This document shows positions 29,578-39,171 of a stretch of 64,000 bases of DNA, piece after piece. Location of the stretch: positions 62,599-126,598 of the IMG/VR virus record IMGVR_UViG_3300006037_000005, one strand, 5' to 3'. Position 1 is the stretch's first letter, and each line of letters begins with the position of its first letter. Under the pieces are notes generated by a model. That model made no database searches. It worked only from the letters and a program-made list of their open reading frames with translations, and had not been told where the DNA came from. Position numbers and translations under genes: made by a program. The DNA is from a virus.

Positions 29578-31073
29578 TTAGAATTTATTATTTTTGTGAT
29601 TTCATTGTCTATTTTAACAATATAAACACCTTGTTGTTCTATGAACATTTTGTTATCAAAAATTTTGTAATCCACATCATATCCTTGTATATTTTTAACA
29701 AAACCTATTTGGCCTTTTATATTAAAATAACCATCTTGGCTAGGATTCGGATAGATCATATCATTTTGTATAGTATATTCATCTATAACGTTCACTATGG
29801 CTTGATTACCTATTGTGATTCTATGAAATGAATAATATCTTTGTTCATAAAATGTTATGCTACCATCTGTGTATTGAATATTATCAGATAAAACAGAACC
29901 CCCATCAATTGTTATATTATCATCATATTTTATGGTTTTCATACTAGACAAATCATCACTGATTCTCACTAAATATCTACCATCATTGCTATATCCTACA
30001 AAATCTAAATCACCATTGTTGCTTGCCAAGAATTTTTTAATATACAATTGTGAGTTAGATGCAGTGCTTATGTTCATAAGATTACCGATAGCACCAGTAG
30101 TTCCATCCATTGTCGTCAGAAATTGGATTTCTGGTCTATCCATGTCTCTGCCAAGTAAATATATTTTGTTGGATTTTGAGAAAATCGGTTGTGGACCAAC
30201 ACCATAAGAATAAAAATTTGTACTAAAATTTTTAATATTTAGATTTGTATCAAGTTTTATCATACGTGGATTAAGTCGATAGGTATCAGAACCAGATAGA
30301 TAGATATCAGAATCATTTATGAATATTGAGAAATTATATTGTTTATCTTGGTAGAGTGCTATAACAGATCCAACACTGTCTATTTTATAATTTTGTAGTA
30401 TTCTATATTTTGTTAAAATGTGTTTATACATTGTAACAGTTTTGTTGTTGACAATTTTATATTCAGATGTTGTACTTTGAACATATAAAGAATTTTTGTA
30501 TTTGGTAGATTTCAATTCAGAATTTTCAAAATAGCCATAACCATAATCATATGGTAAAAATTTGTTATTGGCTTTGTTGGTTGAAATTATATCACCATTT
30601 AGTGGATTTATTACCATATTTTTCACACAACGTTCATTGGGCTTTGTAACAATTTTACCTGAGTCAATAAGAACCCAATTTACCATCACATAGTTTTGTA
30701 TGGTATCAACCATATACATCAAATTCAATTTACCATTATTGTATGAGAAATCAACGAGATCGCAATTTTGGTAATATTTGTCTGTTCTTTGTACCTTCAG
30801 AATATTTGTATTCCAGACTGTAACCCCATCAACGATTTTAAATATTGAGAAATTATAAAGACTGTCTTTTTCAGAGATTACTGTGTTGTTGAAAATACCA
30901 CCCCTATACTTGGCTTTTGATAGATAATATCTTTCGTTGCCAACTTCTATGACTTTCTGAATGTTGATACCCAAATAATCTTTTTGAATCGATTCATTAG
31001 AAACTTGTGAGAACATCTGATTTGATACCATAATTGATATCAAGATTGCGATTACTTTAGAGAGATTTTTCAT
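29574..31073 (-). CDS. secreted beta-rich protein with Sec signal peptide and T9SS (Por) C-terminal sorting domain
   Basis: MKNLSKVIAILISIMVSNQMFSQ signal; C-terminal IYPNP...GVYIVKI...KII. Confidence 0.82.
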   Translation of the reverse strand: MKNLSKVIAILISIMVSNQMFSQVSNESIQKDYLGINIQKVIEVGNERYYLSKAKYRGGIFNNTVISEKDSLYNFSIFKIVDGVTVWNTNILKVQRTDKYYQNCDLVDFSYNNGKLNLMYMVDTIQNYVMVNWVLIDSGKIVTKPNERCVKNMVINPLNGDIISTNKANNKFLPYDYGYGYFENSELKSTKYKNSLYVQSTTSEYKIVNNKTVTMYKHILTKYRILQNYKIDSVGSVIALYQDKQYNFSIFINDSDIYLSGSDTYRLNPRMIKLDTNLNIKNFSTNFYSYGVGPQPIFSKSNKIYLLGRDMDRPEIQFLTTMDGTTGAIGNLMNISTASNSQLYIKKFLASNNGDLDFVGYSNDGRYLVRISDDLSSMKTIKYDDNITIDGGSVLSDNIQYTDGSITFYEQRYYSFHRITIGNQAIVNVIDEYTIQNDMIYPNPSQDGYFNIKGQIGFVKNIQGYDVDYKIFDNKMFIEQQGVYIVKIDNEITKIINSK

Positions 31074-31100
31074 TTTATCTTTGTTTATATAAATAATATA

Positions 31101-31116
31101 GCAAAAATCGTGCCAA
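31101..31116 (-). promoter_or_regulatory. sigma-54 (-24/-12) promoter
   Basis: minus strand reads TTGGCACGATTTTTGC, matching TGGCAC-N5-TTGC; TGTCA/TGACA array at 31149-31184. Confidence 0.8.
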
Positions 31117-31193
31117 AATAATTTAATTTAATTTAGTTATTATCAACATGTCAAATTGTCATGACAAACTGTCAATCTGTCATGCTGTGGGAA

Positions 31194-31490
31194 TTATTTT
31201 GTCGTGACAGATTTGTTGTTATCATATCCAACCATAGCAATTTCTTGCAAGAATTGCTTAATGTTTTTATATAGCTGTGATTCGGTATTGAAATGTAAAA
31301 CGACAGTAGCATCTATTCTACAATATGTGTAGCCAGTTGTGCAATTGGTGATAAATTCTATATCCGTGTCTTCTATTGAAAAAATATTTGTTGTCACTGA
31401 AAAATCTGTTGCGTTTTCTATATTAATATCATGTTCGTGTGATATCAATCTCTCGATCAAAGTCTGAATTCTTGTTATCTTTGGTTTCAT
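31194..31490 (-). CDS. hypothetical protein
   Basis: ORF. Confidence 0.6.
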   Translation of the reverse strand: MKPKITRIQTLIERLISHEHDINIENATDFSVTTNIFSIEDTDIEFITNCTTGYTYCRIDATVVLHFNTESQLYKNIKQFLQEIAMVGYDNNKSVTTK

Positions 31491-31867
31491 ATTTCTATTT
31501 TGACATTTTGGAAATAAACAACGGAATCGTCAATTATTCTGAGAAGAGATTGTTTCTTTTTATCGGGGAGTTCTGATTCTTTAACAAGCTTTATTGAGAG
31601 TTCAAATTGTTCCTGTTCTACCAAGCCTTCATAATCGGAGGTGTTTGGAGATGATAAAAATTGTAAATTTATATCGTGTTCTATATAAAATTTATTAGCT
31701 ACAGCTTTTATAATAGGGATATGGGCTTCGTTTGTTGTTATGAAATTGACATATTTATAATTTTCAAATTTCAAGCTTTCTATGCAGATCTGGATTTGTT
31801 TATTTGTATTAAATGATACATCGAAATGTAAATTTATCTTTGGTACTTTGTGTGATTTTTTAGCCAT
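31487..31867 (-). CDS. hypothetical protein (ATG start MAKKS)
   Basis: ORF; the longer start in the track lies within a terminator. Confidence 0.6.
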   Translation of the reverse strand: MAKKSHKVPKINLHFDVSFNTNKQIQICIESLKFENYKYVNFITTNEAHIPIIKAVANKFYIEHDINLQFLSSPNTSDYEGLVEQEQFELSIKLVKESELPDKKKQSLLRIIDDSVVYFQNVKIEI

Positions 31868-31875
31868 ATAAAAAC

Positions 31876-31907
31876 AATTTTGACCAAACAATTGTTTGGT
31901 CAAAATT
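31876..31907 (-). terminator. terminator closing an LRR cassette
   Basis: perfect 32-bp palindrome aattttgaccaaacaattgtttggtcaaaatt followed by a U-rich tract on the minus strand. Confidence 0.75.
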
Positions 31908-31933
31908 TTATATTAGGAAATTGTTATGGTTTC

Positions 31934-32407
31934 TTATAACAATCTATATGAATCTCTATCATAAGAATTCTGAGTAACCGATACAGATTTATTTAAATTA
32001 CTAATAAGTTGTGATATAGTTTTAGGGTTTTTATTTATCTTACTATCATATTCATTACCTGTTAAAAGAGTATAACTAAAATGATTAATCAGTTCATCCA
32101 ATGTACCAGTTGTTTCCCTGTCCCTATCTTTTCGTGTTTTAACAATAGTATATGTTGATTGTGTCTTTGATTCTTATACTCTAAATTTTGAAAGTCTTGT
32201 TGGTTTCAAAGATTCAACAATTTTAAGAAAATATTCCATTCTAATTCTATCTATATTTTCTTTTTTATCGAAAGTGTCTATATAATCTCTCAATTCTGAT
32301 ATTGAGACATCAGCATCTTTATAATATTTCAAATCTCCAGATTTATCACAATAATCCATAGATATAAATGATATTTCTGTGTTGTCTTCCAAATTGTCTA
32401 TATGTTT
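31934..32407 (-). other. two start-less coding modules in frame with the upstream LRR gene
   Basis: KHIDNLEDNT...IVESLKPTRLSKFRV* followed by ESKTQSTYTIVKT...GTLDELINHFSYTL...YRLL*. Confidence 0.7.
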
Positions 32408-32959
32408 TTAATCTTTCCTAAATTTTGAAAGTCTTGATTCTTTGATTTTTCCACCATTTTTATAAGCTTCAATTTCTTCTTTAGAAAAATCCGATATTAT
32501 ATCAGAAGATTTTGGTGCACCTTCAAGGGAAGTTAATTTATTATTATAACAATGAATCTCTCTACATTCTTTTGGTACAAATTTCAATGTGGTCAATTTA
32601 TTGTTGTAACAATCAAATTCTGTGCATTCTTTTGGTGCAAATTCTAATGAAGTTAATTTATTGTTGGAACAATTGAAATACCAACATTTTTGTGGTGCAC
32701 CCACTAGCGAAGTCAATTTATTATGTGAACAATAAAACCCAACACATTCTCTTGGTGATCCTTTTAATGAAGTTAATTTATTTCTTGAACAATCAAAATC
32801 ACGTACCACAATTCCAAATTGAACTGGAATTTCTACTAATTTTTTGTTTGATATTTTTACAGTACCATCAACATCAACTGTTAGATCATCATTGATTGTG
32901 TAATTTTTGATTCTCATTTCGTCAAGCCATGCTTGAATTTCTTCTTTGGTTTTTAACAT
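32408..32959 (-). CDS. LRR protein with C-terminal IKES-RLSKFR tag
   Basis: 21-aa C..NKLTSL..AP repeats and the family N-cap MLKTKEEIQAWLDEM. Confidence 0.85.
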   Translation of the reverse strand: MLKTKEEIQAWLDEMRIKNYTINDDLTVDVDGTVKISNKKLVEIPVQFGIVVRDFDCSRNKLTSLKGSPRECVGFYCSHNKLTSLVGAPQKCWYFNCSNNKLTSLEFAPKECTEFDCYNNKLTTLKFVPKECREIHCYNNKLTSLEGAPKSSDIISDFSKEEIEAYKNGGKIKESRLSKFRKD

Positions 32960-32982
32960 AATGTTTTTGGTTTCTATTTTAT

Positions 32983-33333
32983 TTAATACAAATCATCAAC
33001 ACCAACACCTTTCATATTTTCATGGAATTGCGATGGATCAAAGAATGTTTGAATTCTTGTTGTGTCATCGAAATATCTACCAAGAACTTCTGAATCTGTC
33101 ATCAAAATTCTATCCTCTGATTCTTCATTCAAGAAATAAACACCAGAATATTGAGTAAAAAATATTCTATCTCCAACCTTGAGGCTTTTAACATTGTCAC
33201 CGATTGATTCTATTGTACCAGAATTTGGTCTGTGTTGTCTTTGTGAACCAAATATATTTATGAAAATACCAGATTTTGTTGTGATTGGTTGACCGTCTTG
33301 AACAACAATTATATTATTTTTGAGAGGCTTCAT
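32983..33333 (-). CDS. groES: GroES/Cpn10 co-chaperonin (gp31-like role)
   Basis: MKPL.N.IIV, TKSGI, G.I.SIG..V..LKVGDRI.F..YSG. Confidence 0.88.
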   Translation of the reverse strand: MKPLKNNIIVVQDGQPITTKSGIFINIFGSQRQHRPNSGTIESIGDNVKSLKVGDRIFFTQYSGVYFLNEESEDRILMTDSEVLGRYFDDTTRIQTFFDPSQFHENMKGVGVDDLY

Positions 33334-33343
33334 ATTGTGAAAA

Positions 33344-33379
33344 ACAATTTTGACCAAGTAATTACTTAGTCAAAATTGT
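33344..33379 (-). terminator. terminator closing an LRR cassette, homologous to 31876-31907
   Basis: acaattttgaccaagtaattacttagtcaaaattgt near-palindrome with a U tract on the minus strand. Confidence 0.75.
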
Positions 33380-33406
33380 AATAAAGATTATTTTAAAAGT
33401 TTCTTT

Positions 33407-34267
33407 TTATATTCTAAATTTCGAAAGTCTTGTTGGTTTTAAAGATTCAACAATTTTATCATCATATGACCCGCCCCCATCTTCTACACGTTGCAAGACA
33501 TATTCTTTCAATTGATCTAAATGTTTTCTGTTGCCTGTTTCGGCTTTATAGAATAATTTCAAGTTGGTATACCAACTTGTTGCTTTGTATTCTTTACCAC
33601 CAACTTTTGCTATAAAATTGACACAAGGTAAATGATCATCAGTAAATTCATCAATTATTTCTATAGAATCTATTTTACCACCGTTTTTAAGTGCTTTGGC
33701 AAAATCGCTTGCTATATCATAATCATCTATGAATTGTTCAAATTCATCTTCGTCTGTTATTTCTGGCATCTCTTTCTTTGTCTCCAAATGATTTGAAATA
33801 ATTTTAGCACCTTTCGGTGCACCTTCAAGTGAAGTTAATGGGTTATTGGAACAATCAATTCTTTCGCAGTATTCAGGTGCACTTTCCAATGAAGTCAATT
33901 GATTATTGCGACAATCAATTGACTCACAGTGTTTTGGTGCACCTTCAAGCGAAGTCAATTTATTATAACCACAATGAAAATGTACACATTTTTCTGGTGC
34001 AAATTCAAGCGAAGTTAATTCATTATCTACACAGTTGAAAACTCTACATTCTCTTGGTGATCCTTTCAAAGAGGTTAATTTGTTACCATAGACCGAAAAA
34101 ATATCTTTTACAACCCCGAATTGAACAGGGATTTTTGTTAATTTTCTCCATAATAGTCCAACACCGTCAACACCATCAACGTCAACTGTTAAATCACTAT
34201 TTATAGTGTAATTTTTAATCTCCATTTTATCAAGCCATGCCTGAATTTCTTCTTTAGTCTTTAACAT
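33407..34267 (-). CDS. LRR protein with an extra acidic C-terminal module and IVES-LKPTRLSKFR tag
   Basis: same N-cap and repeats as 32408-32959; unrelated C-terminal domain of about 110 aa. Confidence 0.85.
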   Translation of the reverse strand: MLKTKEEIQAWLDKMEIKNYTINSDLTVDVDGVDGVGLLWRKLTKIPVQFGVVKDIFSVYGNKLTSLKGSPRECRVFNCVDNELTSLEFAPEKCVHFHCGYNKLTSLEGAPKHCESIDCRNNQLTSLESAPEYCERIDCSNNPLTSLEGAPKGAKIISNHLETKKEMPEITDEDEFEQFIDDYDIASDFAKALKNGGKIDSIEIIDEFTDDHLPCVNFIAKVGGKEYKATSWYTNLKLFYKAETGNRKHLDQLKEYVLQRVEDGGGSYDDKIVESLKPTRLSKFRI

Positions 34268-34626
34268 AATGTTTTTGATTTCTATTTTATTTAATGCCAA
34301 ATATTCTCTATGTTTCTATAGGGTTGTGATATAACTGTTTGGTGATAACTATTTTATCTCTTTATAAGAAACCAGACATAAATAGATATATACATCAATA
34401 AAAACATCCCTAAAATGAATATAGCAATCAAAAATAGTATTTTATTGAAAGATAGCATGGAAGCTATTGAAAAGATCTCAGAATCTCAGTCAACCTTGAT
34501 GGCAAAGAGCTATTATACCTTGGAAAAATTAAAAAAAACCAATAAAGAATTCAGAGAGTTCCTAAACACAGTAAATGATAAACGAACTAACTAAGGAAAT
34601 ATTACTAATGGTAATTATTTTTATCT

Positions 34627-34860
34627 ATGGATCTAGCAAAACAACACATCTATCTTGTGTATGATATTCAAAACCTTCGGACACATTTAAAAATAGGCGA
34701 GATCCAAATTCTTATCCATAAAGAGACGGAGATAGAAAAATGGAAAAATCCAAACAACTACAAGCACCAAGCTTTGGATATCTGGATTGAAGAACATAAT
34801 GAATATCTTAAAAACGATTTGGTTGCATTTTACACTGGTGATTTGATACCATTTCTATAA
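34627..34860 (+). CDS. hypothetical protein
   Basis: 77 aa ORF. Confidence 0.5.
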   Translation: MDLAKQHIYLVYDIQNLRTHLKIGEIQILIHKETEIEKWKNPNNYKHQALDIWIEEHNEYLKNDLVAFYTGDLIPFL

Positions 34861-34924
34861 TTACTGTCAACATCAGCTAAACTAATAATTATTATATTTA
34901 TTTCTTGGTGTTTTAGTTTTTTAT

Positions 34925-35878
34925 TTAACAACCACACCCCTCTGATATGTTATTTGAATCTTTACCTATTGTTTCAGCACCAAGAATTTCCAGATTTGCT
35001 GATTTGTCGTTTTTGTTTAGAATTTCAATATTCTCTATTGGCATATCATACGAAGTCAAAAATAAAGTCTGATCCATCTTTAAAAATTTCTTTGCATTTA
35101 TAGTTGAAAATTTACCAGATATGTTCATTATATCTATATTAAAAGATTGTGATGATGAACTCAACAAAACACCATCCATAACACCTGTTATAATAAAATT
35201 TGGTGTTATGACCATATTCGAAAGATCTGCACCAGATAAATCAAATTTTATGTTGTAAACAAAGAAATCAACTGTCTTTGAAATTTCAATGTTTATTGTT
35301 TTATTACCCAAAGTATCTTGTTCATAAACCGCCACAAAAGGAACTTCAAATTCTGGATAATTAACTTCGTTCGAAATTGAAGAATCAGACAAATCTCTCC
35401 AAGTATAGGGGTTTGATAGCCAAGATGTGTAGGTTTGTTGGTCAACGACAATAATAATCCATGTTATAGAATCTAAATCAAAATCGTTTTTTATGGAAAA
35501 TACACCACTAACGTCTGATTGAGTAGAATTTTGGTTTGAAATCGTAAAATTCAATTTGAATTTATAATTTATAGCATGGGTATTTCTTGTATATTTTGAA
35601 ATGTAACGATATTTCAATTTATCTTTAGATTTTAAAAACAACATCCTGATGTCATCCTCAAAATTGGTTAAAACTATGCTTGAATTTGGTTTTATGTTAA
35701 TAGTCTTCTTGGAAACATTAGAAATATCATAAGAAATACCTGTTAGATCAATACCATCATAAACATTTCCGTTTGAATTATATTTTAATTTATTTGCCTC
35801 GAAATATGCTTTATTGTCATCACATGTACATACACACAATGTGTTTACAGTATTTTTATTGTCTAAATTTATAAGCAT
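34925..35878 (-). CDS. hypothetical protein, probably virion-associated
   Basis: beta-rich 317 aa ORF divergent from the neck gene. Confidence 0.6.
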   Translation of the reverse strand: MLINLDNKNTVNTLCVCTCDDNKAYFEANKLKYNSNGNVYDGIDLTGISYDISNVSKKTINIKPNSSIVLTNFEDDIRMLFLKSKDKLKYRYISKYTRNTHAINYKFKLNFTISNQNSTQSDVSGVFSIKNDFDLDSITWIIIVVDQQTYTSWLSNPYTWRDLSDSSISNEVNYPEFEVPFVAVYEQDTLGNKTINIEISKTVDFFVYNIKFDLSGADLSNMVITPNFIITGVMDGVLLSSSSQSFNIDIMNISGKFSTINAKKFLKMDQTLFLTSYDMPIENIEILNKNDKSANLEILGAETIGKDSNNISEGCGC

Positions 35879-35906
35879 AAAGAGGATTTTAAATATATAA
35901 TGAAAA

Positions 35907-36647
35907 ATGACAAGAGCAGAGTTTATTGAGAAAATAAGATCGGATGTTTCAGAGGATTATAGCATATCTCTTGCATTGAAACCAAAAAGAATTGACACAA
36001 TTGTTAATAATACCTTAAGACATTTTTGGCAACATTACGAACCTGCTACTCAAACTGAATATATCATACTTGATGTTAAAATGTTCCAAACAGAATCTTT
36101 TAAAAACACAAGGAGAATAAAATTACCATCTTGTGTAAGAGCTGTTTATGAATGCAAAGAAACTAATGGTGGTCTTTTCATAAATAACATAAATCCAGAT
36201 TATAGAAAAACAGGCAATTTTTGGGGAACTGCAGTAATGGGTAATTCAGATAATATGGTTTATGCTGTTACTGCTCAATTCTATTATGATTTCACAAGAA
36301 AATTCATATTAAGAGATATTGGTTTTGATTATAATGATCTTTCAAATGACCTTTTGATACAAGGTAGAGATCCAAACATAGATGTCATACTTGTAGCAAG
36401 AATAAATCTTGATGAAGAGGATGTTTTCAATTCAGATATTTTTTACAGATATGTAAGAGCAGAGGCCAAAAAATCTCTCGGAACAATAGGCTCCATATTC
36501 GATTTTAAATTGATCGGCGAAACAACCTTGAATATTTCACAAATAAAAGATGATGGCAAAGAAGAGCTAGCTGAATGTAAAGAAGAGATAAAGAGGAATA
36601 ATAGTGGTGGTGATTTCTTTATTGTTGGTGACCAATTCATATATTAA
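35907..36647 (+). CDS. neck/head-completion protein, T4 gp13-like
   Basis: size and pattern (..F.YN.....L.I.G; RY..A..K..LG......F.L.G...LN...I...G.EEL). Confidence 0.7.
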   Translation: MTRAEFIEKIRSDVSEDYSISLALKPKRIDTIVNNTLRHFWQHYEPATQTEYIILDVKMFQTESFKNTRRIKLPSCVRAVYECKETNGGLFINNINPDYRKTGNFWGTAVMGNSDNMVYAVTAQFYYDFTRKFILRDIGFDYNDLSNDLLIQGRDPNIDVILVARINLDEEDVFNSDIFYRYVRAEAKKSLGTIGSIFDFKLIGETTLNISQIKDDGKEELAECKEEIKRNNSGGDFFIVGDQFIY

Positions 36648-36671
36648 AATGATCACCAACAATAAAGAAAT
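36613..36671. repeat. perfect 19-bp inverted repeat between convergent genes (likely bidirectional terminator)
   Basis: atttctttattgttggtga ...21 nt... tcaccaacaataaagaaat. Confidence 0.85.
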
Positions 36672-37102
36672 TTATTTTCTAAATTTTGAAAGTCTTGATT
36701 CCTCAATTTTACCACCATTTTTATAAGCTTCAACCTCTTCTTTAGAAAAATCTGATATTATATCAGCAAATTTTGGTGCGCCTTCTAAAGAAGTTAATTC
36801 ATTCCATGAACAACTAAAATATTGACAATATTTAGGTGAACCTTCAAGAGAAGTTAATCTGTTATAAGAACAGCTAAATTCTTTACATTCTCTTGGAGAA
36901 CCTTTCAATGAAGTTAATTTATCATTGTGTGAACAATCAAACCATTTTTTAACAACCCCAAATTGAACAGGGATTTCTGTTAAATCTTTTTCCGTGATAT
37001 TAACATATCCATCAACATCAACTGTTAAATCTTTATTGATCTTGTAATTATTGATACCCATTTCATCAAGCCAGGCTTGAATTTCTTCTTTATTTTTAGC
37101 AT
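36672..37102 (-). CDS. LRR protein with IEES-RLSKFR tag; a 1-nt deletion separates the ATG at 37102 from the body
   Basis: atgctaaaaataaagaagaaatt is one base shorter than the paralog starts; ORF track 36672-37061. Confidence 0.75.
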
Positions 37103-37129
37103 AATTTTTTGATTTCCACCTTATTTAAT

Positions 37130-37172
37130 ACAAAAATAGTTCCAAATTCAAAATCTGACAGATTGTCATGTC
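37130..37172 (-). promoter_or_regulatory. degenerate sigma-54-like promoter with adjacent TGACA/TGTCA array
   Basis: minus strand reads TGACATGACAATCTGTCA...TTGGAACTATTTTTGT. Confidence 0.5.
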
Positions 37173-37173
37173 A

Positions 37174-38250
37174 TTATGGTAGATTAAATTTTTTGAAACC
37201 TTTGGTATAATCATCTTGTTTCCGTGAATCTCGTGATTTTTGTATTTCCTTGTCTGTAGTTTCTATCAACAATTCTTCTGACTTAATTATTGGTTCTATA
37301 TTTTCAAATTTGTCTTGGTATTCTATCATCAGATCTTCATCCTTTGTTTGATTGATGTGATTCACCCATTCCTGCTTAAATTTTTCGATGGTTATATCAT
37401 TTTCTATTTTTTCTATGGTAGGTAGAATTATTTCAAAAGCTTTTAGTTCTGTGGTTTCCAATTTTTCTTCTTGGTTCTCCCTTGGAGTCGTTTCTTCTAT
37501 CTTTCCAACACTATAATTTCTATTTTCAGAAAATTCTCTATCTTCTATCTCTTTGTTCTCTTTAAGTATTTTATCTATCTGATCCCTAATATCATATTTT
37601 ATGTGTTCAGATAATGTTTCTTCATTTTGCTTTTTGTGGGATTCATCCATATTGTCCAAAGCCTCATTATATCTTCTGTTTAGATCCTCTCGATCTATTT
37701 GCCATGGTGATGGTGTCGATTCAGATTTTGGTGTTTCCTCTTTCTTCAAGTATTCTGTCAAAGATTTGGTTAAAAATAAAGAAAGTGTTGGTATTGGAAC
37801 ACCTATTATAAACGAAAGAATAAAAATATTTATATCTGAATCTCGTGATTTCCCAACTATTATATCTAAGAATCTCAAAGCATGATTAACAAAATTTTCA
37901 TCTGTTGCTGTTTTGGTTAATATGAAATCAAAAGAATAAAAGACATTGCCCACATATTGCATAATTGTAATAAGAATAAAGGCAGACCAAACATAATATG
38001 GATTAAGTCTATTCATTATTACAATAGCATAAAGTGTTGCAATTGAACAAATTTCATATATGATAGCAATTGTAATAGCAAGAACAAGGGAATTACCAAG
38101 TTTCAAAAATTCTATCAAGTGAAATCCTGATATGACAGAAGAGGTTAACGGCACTGATATGAAAAGTGCAATTATAATATTTTTAACTATGTTTTTATTC
38201 ATAATAATTTTAAAACAAGTGAAGCACAAACAATATTGTTTGTGCCTCAT
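37174..38250 (-). CDS. multi-pass membrane protein with charged C-terminal tail (probable start 38202)
   Basis: four hydrophobic helices, then an E/K-rich region. Confidence 0.75.
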   Translation of the reverse strand: MRHKQYCLCFTCFKIIMNKNIVKNIIIALFISVPLTSSVISGFHLIEFLKLGNSLVLAITIAIIYEICSIATLYAIVIMNRLNPYYVWSAFILITIMQYVGNVFYSFDFILTKTATDENFVNHALRFLDIIVGKSRDSDINIFILSFIIGVPIPTLSLFLTKSLTEYLKKEETPKSESTPSPWQIDREDLNRRYNEALDNMDESHKKQNEETLSEHIKYDIRDQIDKILKENKEIEDREFSENRNYSVGKIEETTPRENQEEKLETTELKAFEIILPTIEKIENDITIEKFKQEWVNHINQTKDEDLMIEYQDKFENIEPIIKSEELLIETTDKEIQKSRDSRKQDDYTKGFKKFNLP

Positions 38251-38377
38251 TTTTATGTTTGGTTATATTGTTGGTTTCCTTTTATTTTTGGATTAGTCAA
38301 ATTTTTCTTCCAGATATTCTGAAAATTCCTTAATAACACCAATGTTTTCTATTTTATTTAATACCAAATGGTGAATA

Positions 38378-39169
38378 TTATGGTGAAACTGTCACAGTTT
38401 TTGATACAATATATGGTTCAAGAGCATTACAAAGATTTGATGCAACACCACCACTGACAGGCAACTTTGCATCGATGATAGTAGCTAAACTTCTAAATAG
38501 TAACATTACACCCTCCGCCTTGGCAACACTGAATATGGGATTTGAAGCAAGTCTTACTCTACCACCATTTATGTGAGCAAGTTCCGTATTTAATGTTATG
38601 TTATTAACACTTGATATTGAGGTCGAATTATTAGTTACAATGTCAATATCTGGACCATTTAGTTCTATTGAAGAGGTCGAATCTTTATGATTTATAACAA
38701 TATTATTATTTGGCTTCATAATAAAAGTAGAATCCTTTATATTAATAACCAAACCGTCCAATTTTGTATAGAAAATTGCTGTATTTTCCTCTTCATCATA
38801 TGAAATTATTTTCGCATTTTCATATGACGATTTAACAAGATTTATAAGATTTTGAGGAACTTCATTTATACCAAGGTATTTTGGATGATAAAGATCTCCA
38901 TCAAAAACAACTCTAACAAGTGTGCCAACTTTAGGTACTGAATAATTGCCACCACCAGATTTTGAACCAAATTGTGATGAAATTGGTGAAGCCCAGGGTA
39001 AATCTTTGGTTGAAATTTGATTCTTTAAATCTTCCGCAAATCCAAATATACCAAAAACCCTAACTTTGCATCTAAATTTGAATTTGGGATCGCTTATATC
39101 TTCTACTCTACCAAGATAAACCTCTTTGTATAAATCATCTTGATATAGCAAATCGTCAAACTGATCCAT
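38378..39169 (-). CDS. baseplate hub/spike protein with gp5 N-terminal OB fold
   Basis: G.VED..DP....RCKVRVFG, LPWA, PKVG..V.V.F. Confidence 0.85.
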   Translation of the reverse strand: MDQFDDLLYQDDLYKEVYLGRVEDISDPKFKFRCKVRVFGIFGFAEDLKNQISTKDLPWASPISSQFGSKSGGGNYSVPKVGTLVRVVFDGDLYHPKYLGINEVPQNLINLVKSSYENAKIISYDEEENTAIFYTKLDGLVINIKDSTFIMKPNNNIVINHKDSTSSIELNGPDIDIVTNNSTSISSVNNITLNTELAHINGGRVRLASNPIFSVAKAEGVMLLFRSLATIIDAKLPVSGGVASNLCNALEPYIVSKTVTVSP

Positions 39170-39171
39170 TT

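Noticed and set aside
20495-32410. Genome-wide stop codon reassignment (TGA or TAA)
   Set aside because: Long core genes are intact under the standard code, and TAA, TAG and TGA all end well-packed genes; the in-frame stops are local
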